IMG/VR virus record: IMGVR_UViG_3300010965_000001 | Coordinates: 64,001 to 128,000 of that record | From: a virus | Lineage: Duplodnaviria > Caudoviricetes | DNA: 64,000 nucleotides | Direction: 5' to 3' (one strand) | Shown here: positions 19,654 to 28,917 of the stretch, in pieces | Numbering within the stretch: position 1 is the first letter of the stretch | Layout of the letters: the number at the start of each line of letters is the position of its first letter | Program-made: the position numbers and the translations under genes | The notes under the pieces: generated by a model | What the model was told of the DNA's origin: nothing | Database searches by the model: none | The model's input: only the letters and a program-made list of their open reading frames with translations

Positions 19654-20773
19654 CCAATTCGCCTTCTTGTAGTTCAAATTCATCGACATTGATTTCTCCT
19701 GCCGACTTGTATTTCATTACACATGCTTCTGCGATTAAATCATAGACATGCGCCTTAAATTCCGCGTCAGCCATCAACATATTGTACCAATCTTTCGCTT
19801 GGAACTTAATGTCATTGCCTGCCTGGTCTTTCATCGTATACCATGCTCCCGCTTGGTCAACAATCCCGTGGAGTTTCATAACACCCAACCATCCACCGTA
19901 ATTATCAATACCTGACGAAAAGTGCATGTCATACTCTGCTTGACGCATGCTCGGACCCATCCTGTTTTTTACCACAAGTGCTTTACACTTCATACCAGAC
20001 ACTTCATCACCCTTCTTCAACTGTCCAACACCTTTAAGGCGTAATCGAACAGATGCGTGGAATGCCAATGCCTTACCACCACTTGTTGTCCATTGGTCAC
20101 CAAAGGATACGCCAAGTTTCTGACGTAATTGATTTGTGAATACGACTGCGATGCGCTGGCGACCAATCATGTCTGTAATCTTACGAAGTCCTTTACCCAT
20201 GATGATTGCTTTTGCTGTTGCCCAGCCGTCCTTGTCATAGTCTGCTTCAAGTTCAACCTTAGTGGTTGCTGCCGCAACACTGTCTGCGACAATACACACC
20301 AATTTGTTCTTGTTTGCGGCTCTTACCTTTGTAATGATATTTTCAATTGCAGTAAAAACGTCTTCAATCAATTGTAGTTGAACATACACAAGTGTATTGA
20401 TGTCTACACCGATTGCCGTTAAAAATTCTTTACTTACTGCATTTTCTGTATCAATAAGAACTGCGACTCCACCTTTTCGTTGTGTTTCTGCCAAAAGATG
20501 TGCCGCTAATAGACTCTTACCACTTGCTTCAAGACCTGTTATTTCGGAAATTCTTCCAACAGGTATTCCACCGTCTTTACGGTTACTGATTGCAAGGTCA
20601 AGGATTCCAGCCCCTGTCGAAATCCATTCATTTACATTGGTTGGTGCGTCAGGGTCAGTTAAGAAGTATGCGACTTTATAATCTGTAAATTCTTTGTTAA
20701 GACTTGAATGAATCATTGCCGATAAATCGTCATTGATATTTCCACTGTCTTCTGTTACCTTCTTTTTAGCCAT
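19643..20773 (-). CDS. uvsX: RecA/UvsX recombinase
   Basis: GRISEITGLEASGKS, IDTE, DSVAA, FTNQLR, SGGKALAFHASVRL, KNR. Confidence 0.93.
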   Translation of the reverse strand: MAKKKVTEDSGNINDDLSAMIHSSLNKEFTDYKVAYFLTDPDAPTNVNEWISTGAGILDLAISNRKDGGIPVGRISEITGLEASGKSLLAAHLLAETQRKGGVAVLIDTENAVSKEFLTAIGVDINTLVYVQLQLIEDVFTAIENIITKVRAANKNKLVCIVADSVAAATTKVELEADYDKDGWATAKAIIMGKGLRKITDMIGRQRIAVVFTNQLRQKLGVSFGDQWTTSGGKALAFHASVRLRLKGVGQLKKGDEVSGMKCKALVVKNRMGPSMRQAEYDMHFSSGIDNYGGWLGVMKLHGIVDQAGAWYTMKDQAGNDIKFQAKDWYNMLMADAEFKAHVYDLIAEACVMKYKSAGEINVDEFELQEGELDAD

Positions 20774-20788
20774 ACTATTCTCCGTTAT

Positions 20789-20813
20789 AAAAAGGGAGGG
20801 ATTGCTCCCTCCC
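20789..20813 (-). terminator. intrinsic terminator after the SSB gene
   Basis: GGGAGGGA-GCAA-TCCCTCCC-TTTTT on the minus strand. Confidence 0.85.
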
Positions 20814-20820
20814 GTTTTGA

Positions 20821-21627
20821 TTATTTTTTGTTAAAAATGTCATCGAATGCTGTATCACCACTAGCGATAGCGGCTTTACCATTTTCTACGACAACTGACG
20901 CTGAAGGTGACTTCAGTGCTTCCGCAGACGGTGTGTTGCTTGACTGGTCTGTGGTTCCGTCACTTGGATTGAGGTATTCCTGAAGAATCCCCTTAAGTTC
21001 ATCGTATGTGTATCGTTGATACAATGCGTTGATGTCAGGTTGAGTTTCAAGATACTTCTGAACAAGTGCGGTGTCTTTTGATAACGGAGTTACACTTGGT
21101 TTAACACGGATATTCGTCTTACCGAATCCGTTGCCTGCTTCTTCCTTCGTGATGCTTTCAACAACAATATCACGCCCTGTAAGCGGGTCAGCGATGTTCC
21201 CATAATCGGGGTCAATCATAAACGACATAATCTCGTTTGCGACTGTCTTTCCAAATCCCCAAATCTTCACACCGTCTGCTTCAGGTTCGCCATCCTTTGC
21301 ACGAACGATGATTGGTGCGAAGACACGAAGTTTCGGTCGGAGTTTCTTTGCCAACAGAATACTTTCGTTATCTCCCGACTTAGCGAGTTTGTTAGCGAAC
21401 TCAACGATTGGGTCGGGTTCACCATAACTGATAGGTGAGAGAATCGGTTTCTTCTTATCGATGTTGAAGTGGAAGTACAATTCAACAAAAGGAATATCCT
21501 TGTTGAGTTTATATTCCACCATTCGAATCTGTGTCTTACCCGTCGGTGGTTTCCAGATGAATGAAGATTTCTGCATCGATGACTGTTGGAACTGTTCCAA
21601 CTTCGCTTTAATTTTTGCCATGTCCAT
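20821..21627 (-). CDS. single-stranded DNA-binding protein (gp32-like)
   Basis: WKP..GK.QIR, PFVELYFH, KIWGFGKTV, DP.TGRD; acidic/aromatic tail (FDDIFNKK); adjacent to recA. Confidence 0.85.
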   Translation of the reverse strand: MDMAKIKAKLEQFQQSSMQKSSFIWKPPTGKTQIRMVEYKLNKDIPFVELYFHFNIDKKKPILSPISYGEPDPIVEFANKLAKSGDNESILLAKKLRPKLRVFAPIIVRAKDGEPEADGVKIWGFGKTVANEIMSFMIDPDYGNIADPLTGRDIVVESITKEEAGNGFGKTNIRVKPSVTPLSKDTALVQKYLETQPDINALYQRYTYDELKGILQEYLNPSDGTTDQSSNTPSAEALKSPSASVVVENGKAAIASGDTAFDDIFNKK

Positions 21628-21693
21628 TATTTGTTTCTCCTTTGTATGAAATTAATTAACTTAACTTATATCCCTTGTGAATACAAGTGGTAC

Positions 21694-21722
21694 AATATAC
21701 AAATAATTTTTACCAAAGTCAA
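21694..21722 (-). promoter_or_regulatory. sigma70-type promoter for ssb
   Basis: TTGACT-N17-TATATT. Confidence 0.8.
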
Positions 21723-21723
21723 G

Positions 21724-22119
21724 TTAAATCGTAACTATATTTAATAATTTTGTGTTTATTTTTTTGATACCGTCTTCATTCGTGACAAGAATAGTATTCC
21801 TGTACAAATTCCAATCGATTTTGTATGAGTTGTCCTTATTTCCATCATTCATTAAAAGAACGATAGAATTAACGGCATTTATGGTGTAGAGTGTGTTGGT
21901 AGCCTTATTTCTATGAACAGAAATAGTGTTTTTGAGGAACGAAACCTTATTAACTTCAATGGTATCCACGTTGTAGGTACAATAGACATCTGCACCAATG
22001 TCGGTGTTTTGTAATACAAATACAGTCTTAACGGATGCGTATGCTTCCGTTATGAGTGATAATGTATCATCGACATATTTTTTCTTCGTAAAAGTACAAA
22101 GTAACTGTGAATTTTCCAT
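21724..22119 (-). CDS. conserved-looking hypothetical protein (131 aa)
   Basis: ATATTTATA element 6 nt upstream; HR.K.TNTLYTINA.N pattern. Confidence 0.7.
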   Translation of the reverse strand: MENSQLLCTFTKKKYVDDTLSLITEAYASVKTVFVLQNTDIGADVYCTYNVDTIEVNKVSFLKNTISVHRNKATNTLYTINAVNSIVLLMNDGNKDNSYKIDWNLYRNTILVTNEDGIKKINTKLLNIVTI

Positions 22120-22153
22120 ATTGAATATAAATATGAAACTAAAACTGGAAAAC

Positions 22154-23422
22154 TCATATTTCTGTCATTTCATTGTAATTTTTGCCATATTTTGTTTTAA
22201 CAGGAAACTGTCCGTTAATCTCCATTATCTTCTTCACCGTATGCAAATAACTTTCCGTTTCTCCTTCTTCTACATCAAATAATATGGAATCGTACGTATA
22301 TAAGACAGGAACAGACTTAAATGCTTGCGTATCTATCAATATCTTGCGCATTACCATCAAATTCTGCTCTGTTTCATAATTCTGTATAATGTAATTGAAT
22401 AACTTCGTATCACTGTCTGCAATAATCGGTTTTTGTGATATTACCGATGGAATATACCCATTTGTGCGATAGTCAGCCCACAACTCTGCGATGAGCGCAG
22501 GTATCTGTCTGAAATAGGTAATATGTGCATATTCATCCAACAGTCCGCCATACAACATACGAAATGTAATCTTTTTTGATTCATCATACATTTCTTCCGT
22601 AACATGGTCAACATTGAAATACTGTTTGGCGAAATGTGCATGCACCGATTCAGGCGGCAGGTCATAACCCATCAATTTTGCGATTAAGCGCACATGGTAT
22701 CCATCATAATCAAGTAAGAATAACGTTCCATTCTCAAATCTTGATATGAATGGAGTTCTACTTCCATTTTCTTTGTTAAGTGCGTTGTAATTCACGTTTC
22801 CGTATCTGTTAGACGGTCTGCCTGTTGTCGTTAAGTGATTGTATTGACTATAGACGTAACCGTTCTGAATTAATTCCTTTTTATCGAAATTATCATCGAC
22901 ACGTAATCCATATCGCTCGATTTGTGCTAACGTAGGAAGGGTAATTTGGTTTATGAATTTGCAGGGTTTATCGTCTTCACCGCTGAAGGCAAGGCAATCC
23001 TTTGAAAATTGCTCTAAGTCTTCGGTGATTGCATCGATTATTTTATAAATGGGGGTAATCTCCCAATCGCGCCTACGTTTGAAGATTTCGACTTCACATT
23101 CCATATTCTGTACATAATAGATTGATTCAATGTCTACTGAACCTTCGATATTAAAGTATTTTTTGTTATATACGAATGGTTTGTCAAAAAGTCCGCTCAT
23201 AAGTGATGGGAGATTACCGCCGATGCTCATACATTCAGAATGACTGATGCTAAATACGAACAGTTCATCTAACTTGAGTGGTTTGGCGAATATGACGATG
23301 GGAAGAGAATTCACGGGATGTGAGTTCTCATTAAATAGAGGGAATACCAAAAATCTTTCAGTCTTTGCTAATTCCTGTAGTCGGAGTGTGTCCGTTGCAT
23401 ATTCTATGATTGTAATTTTCAT
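22154..23422 (-). CDS. family A DNA polymerase-like protein (short, divergent)
   Basis: TTGRPS, motif A LLDYDGYHVRL, motif B SKKITFRMLYGG, YIIQNYET, motif C YTYDSILFD. Start at 23422. Confidence 0.8.
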   Translation of the reverse strand: MKITIIEYATDTLRLQELAKTERFLVFPLFNENSHPVNSLPIVIFAKPLKLDELFVFSISHSECMSIGGNLPSLMSGLFDKPFVYNKKYFNIEGSVDIESIYYVQNMECEVEIFKRRRDWEITPIYKIIDAITEDLEQFSKDCLAFSGEDDKPCKFINQITLPTLAQIERYGLRVDDNFDKKELIQNGYVYSQYNHLTTTGRPSNRYGNVNYNALNKENGSRTPFISRFENGTLFLLDYDGYHVRLIAKLMGYDLPPESVHAHFAKQYFNVDHVTEEMYDESKKITFRMLYGGLLDEYAHITYFRQIPALIAELWADYRTNGYIPSVISQKPIIADSDTKLFNYIIQNYETEQNLMVMRKILIDTQAFKSVPVLYTYDSILFDVEEGETESYLHTVKKIMEINGQFPVKTKYGKNYNEMTEI

Positions 23423-23428
23423 AGTATA

Positions 23429-23457
23429 AATATACAAATAAAAATGGTCAAAGTCAA
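23429..23457 (-). promoter_or_regulatory. sigma70-type promoter overlapping an ATATTTATA element
   Basis: TTGACT-N17-TATATT; the ATG lies 6 nt downstream of the -10 box, so the transcript is probably leaderless. Confidence 0.75.
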
Positions 23458-23465
23458 CTTATTTA

Positions 23466-23903
23466 TTAACTTGTTACCAAATCTGGTGTTTTAGTGGTAA
23501 TTTTCGGTGTTTCTGATATGTGTGCGAATTGTGTTAGGTCTGATAATTTCTGTTCGATTCCCTTCATCACTGAACGTGCTTTTTTCACGACTCGTAAATT
23601 CGTATCGAACACTCCATAAATAAGTGCGTTCCCATTTTGCATGTCGTGCATGGGTCCATTTAGTTTCCACGTAAGTTTTAATATGTCATACAATTCAGAT
23701 GGATATGAACTACCATTGGCAAGACCATCGTACGTTCCTTTGTCTATCTCAAGAATATAATTGGATATTTTGCTTTTGGCAAAATATCGTTCTTTAAAAC
23801 CGACACTATAATCTGCGTCTAAAATTACAGGGTAACGTTCTTTAACAGGTATTCTATTTAACATAGAAGTATATTTGTTATTTATCTCAGATGAAATTAT
23901 CAT
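23466..23903 (-). CDS. hypothetical protein at the end of the baseplate operon
   Basis: ATGA overlap with the hub gene. Confidence 0.65.
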   Translation of the reverse strand: MIISSEINNKYTSMLNRIPVKERYPVILDADYSVGFKERYFAKSKISNYILEIDKGTYDGLANGSSYPSELYDILKLTWKLNGPMHDMQNGNALIYGVFDTNLRVVKKARSVMKGIEQKLSDLTQFAHISETPKITTKTPDLVTS

Positions 23904-26725
23904 AATTCCCTAATCGTAATGGATATTTTCTTGCCAGATGAAAATGCGTTATTTAATGCCGCGAATAAATCTTCAAATACTGCATTAGTATCATTCACTC
24001 TGCCAATTGTTATATTTCTATCCTTGCCCACAATTAAACATCCCTTTGTACTTCGTGCTGTTGCTCCCCAATGAATTCGTATTCCCGTAAAATTAGGAAC
24101 GTTCTGAATTTCTGGTAAATATCTACCAAATACACCAGAGTAATTAATATCTACATTGTATGCTCCGTGGGGGATGGCGGTTTCACCATAAACTTTTGCT
24201 TGATTGTACCTTACTGTATCTTCTACCGTATCACAATAATATACATCGTTAATATACAGTTTTCCCATTGTGAATGTTGATGTATGAATATCTCTATCTA
24301 CTCTCAAGGATACTTTATCACCACCAATTGCAATAGTAGATGTCGTTGCTCGATTTGCTATAGATGCCGCGCTTCCTGCGGTCACATTGTCAAGTGCTTT
24401 TTTAATTCTTGCACCGTTGAATGGTATTAGGCATCCAGAGACTTTAGTGGTCCACCCATCAATAGCAACACTGTGAATGATGTTTATTATTCTAAAACAT
24501 ACATTTTTTTGTAAAAACAATGGAACGTAATCCACGTTGAATAGATTGCCGTAATAAAATCCACCAAGTCCATCTAACTCCATAGAAAGAGTTATTCCAA
24601 CTGGGAATCCAATGTAACTGACATCTGACCCTCTCGTGTATACTTTCAAAATGCTGTTAAATTGATTTTGATAATTTATTGCACTTGTATCGGAGAGGGA
24701 TTTTCCTAACACCACATCCCAACCCTTTTCCTTATCACTTAGAAATGAAGTGGTTCCAAGTAGTGTACCTCTTGGTGCAGGGTCTTTTGCAATTGAATGT
24801 CTATCATCGTATTGAATGCCATCAGCGTATTGTGGATAATATCCTGCGTCAGGATTTTTCTCTTCAGTTATATTTGCATTGCCATCATAAAATCCATTAC
24901 TTGCGGCTTTGAATGCCACTTGTGTTTTGGCATCACGTTGATTTGGATTCACATTTGTGTTTCCAACGTATGCGGCAGTTTGGAACTGTGATGGAAGGTT
25001 TCCATCCAATTGAATATTGCGTATGACCGTACTTATATTGTATGAAGTAAACGTTGTTACTAAAGCATCGGCAGATGTAAGATTTTCATCGGTGATTTTA
25101 ATCGACAGTAAATCATCATCGACATCCTTTATCAAATTAAATATTCCACCAGTGGATGAATTTATTATTGATAATATTTCATCTATAAATTCATTGAATT
25201 GCTTTTTCGCATTCATTGCACGGATGACTGCATTTATATTAATAAATATACGCTTGATGTGCCCAAGACGAAAATCACTACTATCTTCAGGAACTTTATA
25301 TGGTACATCACCAATATTGTTAGGTAAAGCAGTGAACTCCAATAAATCTTTTCTATATTTCACCGCACCATTTTGCATACGATACATTAATCCCTTATCC
25401 GCTGGTGTTACGTATTTTTCTGCGGTGGAATTAAATATTAAGACATCTTTGGGATTGAATGACCGCAAATATATATGATTCTTGCAGTATGCGCTGTTGT
25501 TAGCCAAATCCATAAAACTGACTAATTTGTTTGCTATATAAAACTCACTACGAGGACGATTTTTTGTTAAATCTTCCATGAATGTCGATGGGTCACCATA
25601 TAAGAATGCGTTATTTATTAATGTAAATAAATGACCAAGAGAAATATAGTACTTATCTTCAGGTAAGATATTTCCTTCACTAATGACTTCATCTGGTAAT
25701 GCAATATATTGATAATATTCCGTTCCTTCGTTAAGAAAGAATTTTTCAATCTGTGGTTGTTTTGTATATTTTTCCGCATTCAATCTCAACGTTGCCAGTG
25801 GGTCATTACTCAAAGTTTGAGATGCTCTACTCGCCGCAAGTTCATTGGCACGAGCATCAGTTTGACCAGGAATTGGACCAGTAGAACCTGCAATTACTAT
25901 ACGTGGACGTTTCTCAACCTGTTGTGTTGGTTGTGATTGTCTATCTTTTGTAGTGGCGGGTGTAGCATCCGTTACACCAGTCATCCATCGGAAGAAATTA
26001 TTACTTCTAATGTCAGGAGAATCCGTCATAAAACTATATACGAATGATGCAGGTGAGATAATTGTCGTTGTGCAGTCAAACCCACCATTTGCATTAACTT
26101 TCCATGTAAATGTAGAACATATACCAATGAGTGCATCGTAATTACCATTATTTCGTATAATAGTCTCTCTGATACTTCCCGTAGTATTTCCACGTAACAA
26201 CAATTGTACTTTGTCTTTACTATTTCCGTTTGTATTGTTGAATAAACTATCTGTATAAACTGGTGATGCTGCACTTGTAAATCCCCACTGTAAATATAAA
26301 TAAATTCCAGGGTTCATATACAATACTTGTAAATTGCCTAAATCCTCCAGCGTCCAACATTGGAAATTTACTGTTGCTCTTCTAATTGACCCAAGTGGTG
26401 TTTCATTATTAACTGCAATAGATGTGATTCCTGGTGGTGGTCGATGTCCAATATCATAATCTTTATACGTGTCCAATGTAACTCTACTCAATTTTGTAAC
26501 ACCATTGGAATTTTGCTTTATGAATTCATCTGAACCACCGTAGAGAACTGTCGAACGTGCCAATGAACTATCACCACCTTCACTGACGGCATTAGATTCT
26601 AAGATGATGTATGGTATGCGTGCAGAATGAACAAATCCCATTGCAGATGGATTTGCTATTTCAGTCTGTCGCCTGTTTATTTCATCAACAACAAATTGCT
26701 CTATTTTCGAACCAAAAATTGCCAT
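23900..26725 (-). CDS. baseplate hub-like protein with a C-terminal DUF5675-like (L,D-peptidase-fold) domain
   Basis: Hub-type N-terminus (PPPGITSI, IRRATVNFQCW, YLQWG, FDCTTTI; later ELDGLGG). C-terminus T.GKLYI....CDTVED...GETAIP.G.Y...IHWG...KGCLIVG. Confidence 0.7.
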   Translation of the reverse strand: MAIFGSKIEQFVVDEINRRQTEIANPSAMGFVHSARIPYIILESNAVSEGGDSSLARSTVLYGGSDEFIKQNSNGVTKLSRVTLDTYKDYDIGHRPPPGITSIAVNNETPLGSIRRATVNFQCWTLEDLGNLQVLYMNPGIYLYLQWGFTSAASPVYTDSLFNNTNGNSKDKVQLLLRGNTTGSIRETIIRNNGNYDALIGICSTFTWKVNANGGFDCTTTIISPASFVYSFMTDSPDIRSNNFFRWMTGVTDATPATTKDRQSQPTQQVEKRPRIVIAGSTGPIPGQTDARANELAASRASQTLSNDPLATLRLNAEKYTKQPQIEKFFLNEGTEYYQYIALPDEVISEGNILPEDKYYISLGHLFTLINNAFLYGDPSTFMEDLTKNRPRSEFYIANKLVSFMDLANNSAYCKNHIYLRSFNPKDVLIFNSTAEKYVTPADKGLMYRMQNGAVKYRKDLLEFTALPNNIGDVPYKVPEDSSDFRLGHIKRIFININAVIRAMNAKKQFNEFIDEILSIINSSTGGIFNLIKDVDDDLLSIKITDENLTSADALVTTFTSYNISTVIRNIQLDGNLPSQFQTAAYVGNTNVNPNQRDAKTQVAFKAASNGFYDGNANITEEKNPDAGYYPQYADGIQYDDRHSIAKDPAPRGTLLGTTSFLSDKEKGWDVVLGKSLSDTSAINYQNQFNSILKVYTRGSDVSYIGFPVGITLSMELDGLGGFYYGNLFNVDYVPLFLQKNVCFRIINIIHSVAIDGWTTKVSGCLIPFNGARIKKALDNVTAGSAASIANRATTSTIAIGGDKVSLRVDRDIHTSTFTMGKLYINDVYYCDTVEDTVRYNQAKVYGETAIPHGAYNVDINYSGVFGRYLPEIQNVPNFTGIRIHWGATARSTKGCLIVGKDRNITIGRVNDTNAVFEDLFAALNNAFSSGKKISITIREL

Positions 26726-26727
26726 AA

Positions 26728-27009
26728 TTATAAGTTTAAATTAATATAGTTTCTTACTATTTCAAGATGATTTGATGGAATACGAATCGTAGTTCCAGGT
26801 TTAATCTCAACTGACCCCTTACCAAGACCGTTTGATATTGCGATAATCCAATACAGTGTTTGGTCACCATAATATTGTTGTGCGATTAGGTCTAACCTAT
26901 CGGAGTCTCTTGATATTATTATAGTGTCATTGTCGTTTGGTTGTATAACTGGAAATCGTACAGTTTTTAGTTTTCCATTTATTCTCGGTATGCCATTATA
27001 TCGTTCCAT
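26728..27009 (-). CDS. LysM-like baseplate protein (gp53/tail X-like)
   Basis: DRLDLIAQQYYGDQTLYWIIAISN...PGTTIRIP. Confidence 0.85.
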   Translation of the reverse strand: MERYNGIPRINGKLKTVRFPVIQPNDNDTIIISRDSDRLDLIAQQYYGDQTLYWIIAISNGLGKGSVEIKPGTTIRIPSNHLEIVRNYINLNL

Positions 27010-28910
27010 TATTTATTCCTTTTAACAATATCATCAATAGTAGTTTGTACTGTCGGTTTCTTGATTGAAGAACCACCATGACCAGTATTTGCACCAGTAC
27101 CACCTACAGCAGTAGATGTTTTATCTGTCGATACTGTAGAGGGTGTGATGCCTGTCGTTGCTGTCCCATTCCATATTTTTTCTTTTGGTACTTCGATTGG
27201 TGGACGTGATATAACTTTATTTTCGACTCTGTACGTCACATTGTTTAAATAATATGCAACAGGAATACCTTCTGGTACTACGTCAATATTCAATGCCACA
27301 CTTACTACTAATGGAAATTCTGCGGCGTTTCCAGTAGCACTTACCCAAGGGGTTGTTGAATCAACTGTATATGTTAACGTAGAAATTACACCGACAACTC
27401 TATTGATAAATGTACCAAATTTAAATATCATATATGGTGTTGCAATCCTGTGCGTATTTTTAACTTGCGCAGGATATGTATAACTTGAAATTTGATTTAA
27501 CTTTGACTTTACTACACCCAATTCAGATTGAAAGTATATAGGAACCTTAAATGATACACTTATTGTTCTTCGTGTATTTTGATAAATTGGATATGTAATT
27601 GGATTACCGACATAATTTACGGTTGCATACGATGGACTCCACGCATCTGAATAGGTATCCATAATCGCCCTAAATGATATTGTTGGGTCTGCCGAATCGT
27701 ATGGAGAAAAATTCAATGTTACTATATCCCACCCACTCGTTGCTTCTCCGTTGTCAGATTTAACTGGGTCTAACTTTGGTATAATAACTGATTGGTCTGT
27801 TCTCTGTAATAAACTTTCAATTGCAGAATTTGTTTCAAGTGTGGTTATATATTTTTTACTATTATTGTTTGCTTCCAAAATATCAGTATAATCTTGATGC
27901 GTCTTAAATTTATATGGAGTTTTATTCACACCAGTAGTAATATCGGTAGTAATGTTAGGTCCAGGTACACGATACGTTCGTATGTTCTTGGGAATATCAA
28001 AACCCTCTTTAAAAATATACGGATTTGTTAATTGAATTCCTAACATGCTATATTGTGCAATTTGTACGCCAGGTCGCATAGGTGTACTAAAGAACAACAG
28101 ATTCTTTTCGGCATCTATATTTGCACGAAGAGTTCTATCTCTAAGAACTATCAATCTGTTAGTGTCACCTTCCCACTTGGTAGCCTCTGTAGTTGTTTCG
28201 TAATGGTCATTGCTAAATAATCCAAATAAACTATGTCGTTGTGGATGATACCCAACCATCGCTCCACCAACCGCTCCAAATATACTCAATGGATTATAGA
28301 TTCGTGTCTCAGAACGTGGATTCATTAACTGCATGCCAACTTGCTTTGCTACAAACGAAATTCCTTTTAGTGTAGACATGAATTTAGTAAGACGAGTGGC
28401 ATCTGTACTAACTATATCTAACATGGTTGATATTCCCGCTCGATATGGAGATAATGCTCCATCTATTATATTTATGACACTTTGTTGATTGTTAAATCCA
28501 AATCGAGTTCCAATATCCCTCATAATGAATGGTTGTGAACTACCATCACGTATTGATAAGGGGTCATTTATAAACGATGACCGTTTGTAGTACATATCCA
28601 ATGTAGTTTCATTTGGAAATGTTCTGAATTGTAATGTATCAGCGGTTCCATCATATTTCAGTTGTGTTGATAATGAAAAATTGGAAACATCCCACGATGA
28701 AGGTGCCAATGCAAAATTAGCAAGAGATGCATAATTAATATCTCTGTATTTTACAAGAAATTTACTGTCATCCTTACTATTGAAATTCTGAGTGAATCCT
28801 TCAGGTGGAGCACTTTTTGTAATGCCAGCCATTCCAGTGAAATAATCCACTACTCCCAACTTAGAAAATATAGATTTCTTTTTTATTAATTTTGAGAAGT
28901 CTTCTGCCAT
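27009..28910 (-). CDS. baseplate/tail-tube initiator-like structural protein
   Basis: C-terminal FRA.MD.YSD.WSPSY..VNY.G...PIY..TRRTISVSF; sits between tape measure and the LysM gene. Confidence 0.6.
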   Translation of the reverse strand: MAEDFSKLIKKKSIFSKLGVVDYFTGMAGITKSAPPEGFTQNFNSKDDSKFLVKYRDINYASLANFALAPSSWDVSNFSLSTQLKYDGTADTLQFRTFPNETTLDMYYKRSSFINDPLSIRDGSSQPFIMRDIGTRFGFNNQQSVINIIDGALSPYRAGISTMLDIVSTDATRLTKFMSTLKGISFVAKQVGMQLMNPRSETRIYNPLSIFGAVGGAMVGYHPQRHSLFGLFSNDHYETTTEATKWEGDTNRLIVLRDRTLRANIDAEKNLLFFSTPMRPGVQIAQYSMLGIQLTNPYIFKEGFDIPKNIRTYRVPGPNITTDITTGVNKTPYKFKTHQDYTDILEANNNSKKYITTLETNSAIESLLQRTDQSVIIPKLDPVKSDNGEATSGWDIVTLNFSPYDSADPTISFRAIMDTYSDAWSPSYATVNYVGNPITYPIYQNTRRTISVSFKVPIYFQSELGVVKSKLNQISSYTYPAQVKNTHRIATPYMIFKFGTFINRVVGVISTLTYTVDSTTPWVSATGNAAEFPLVVSVALNIDVVPEGIPVAYYLNNVTYRVENKVISRPPIEVPKEKIWNGTATTGITPSTVSTDKTSTAVGGTGANTGHGGSSIKKPTVQTTIDDIVKRNK

Positions 28911-28917
28911 AATATCC

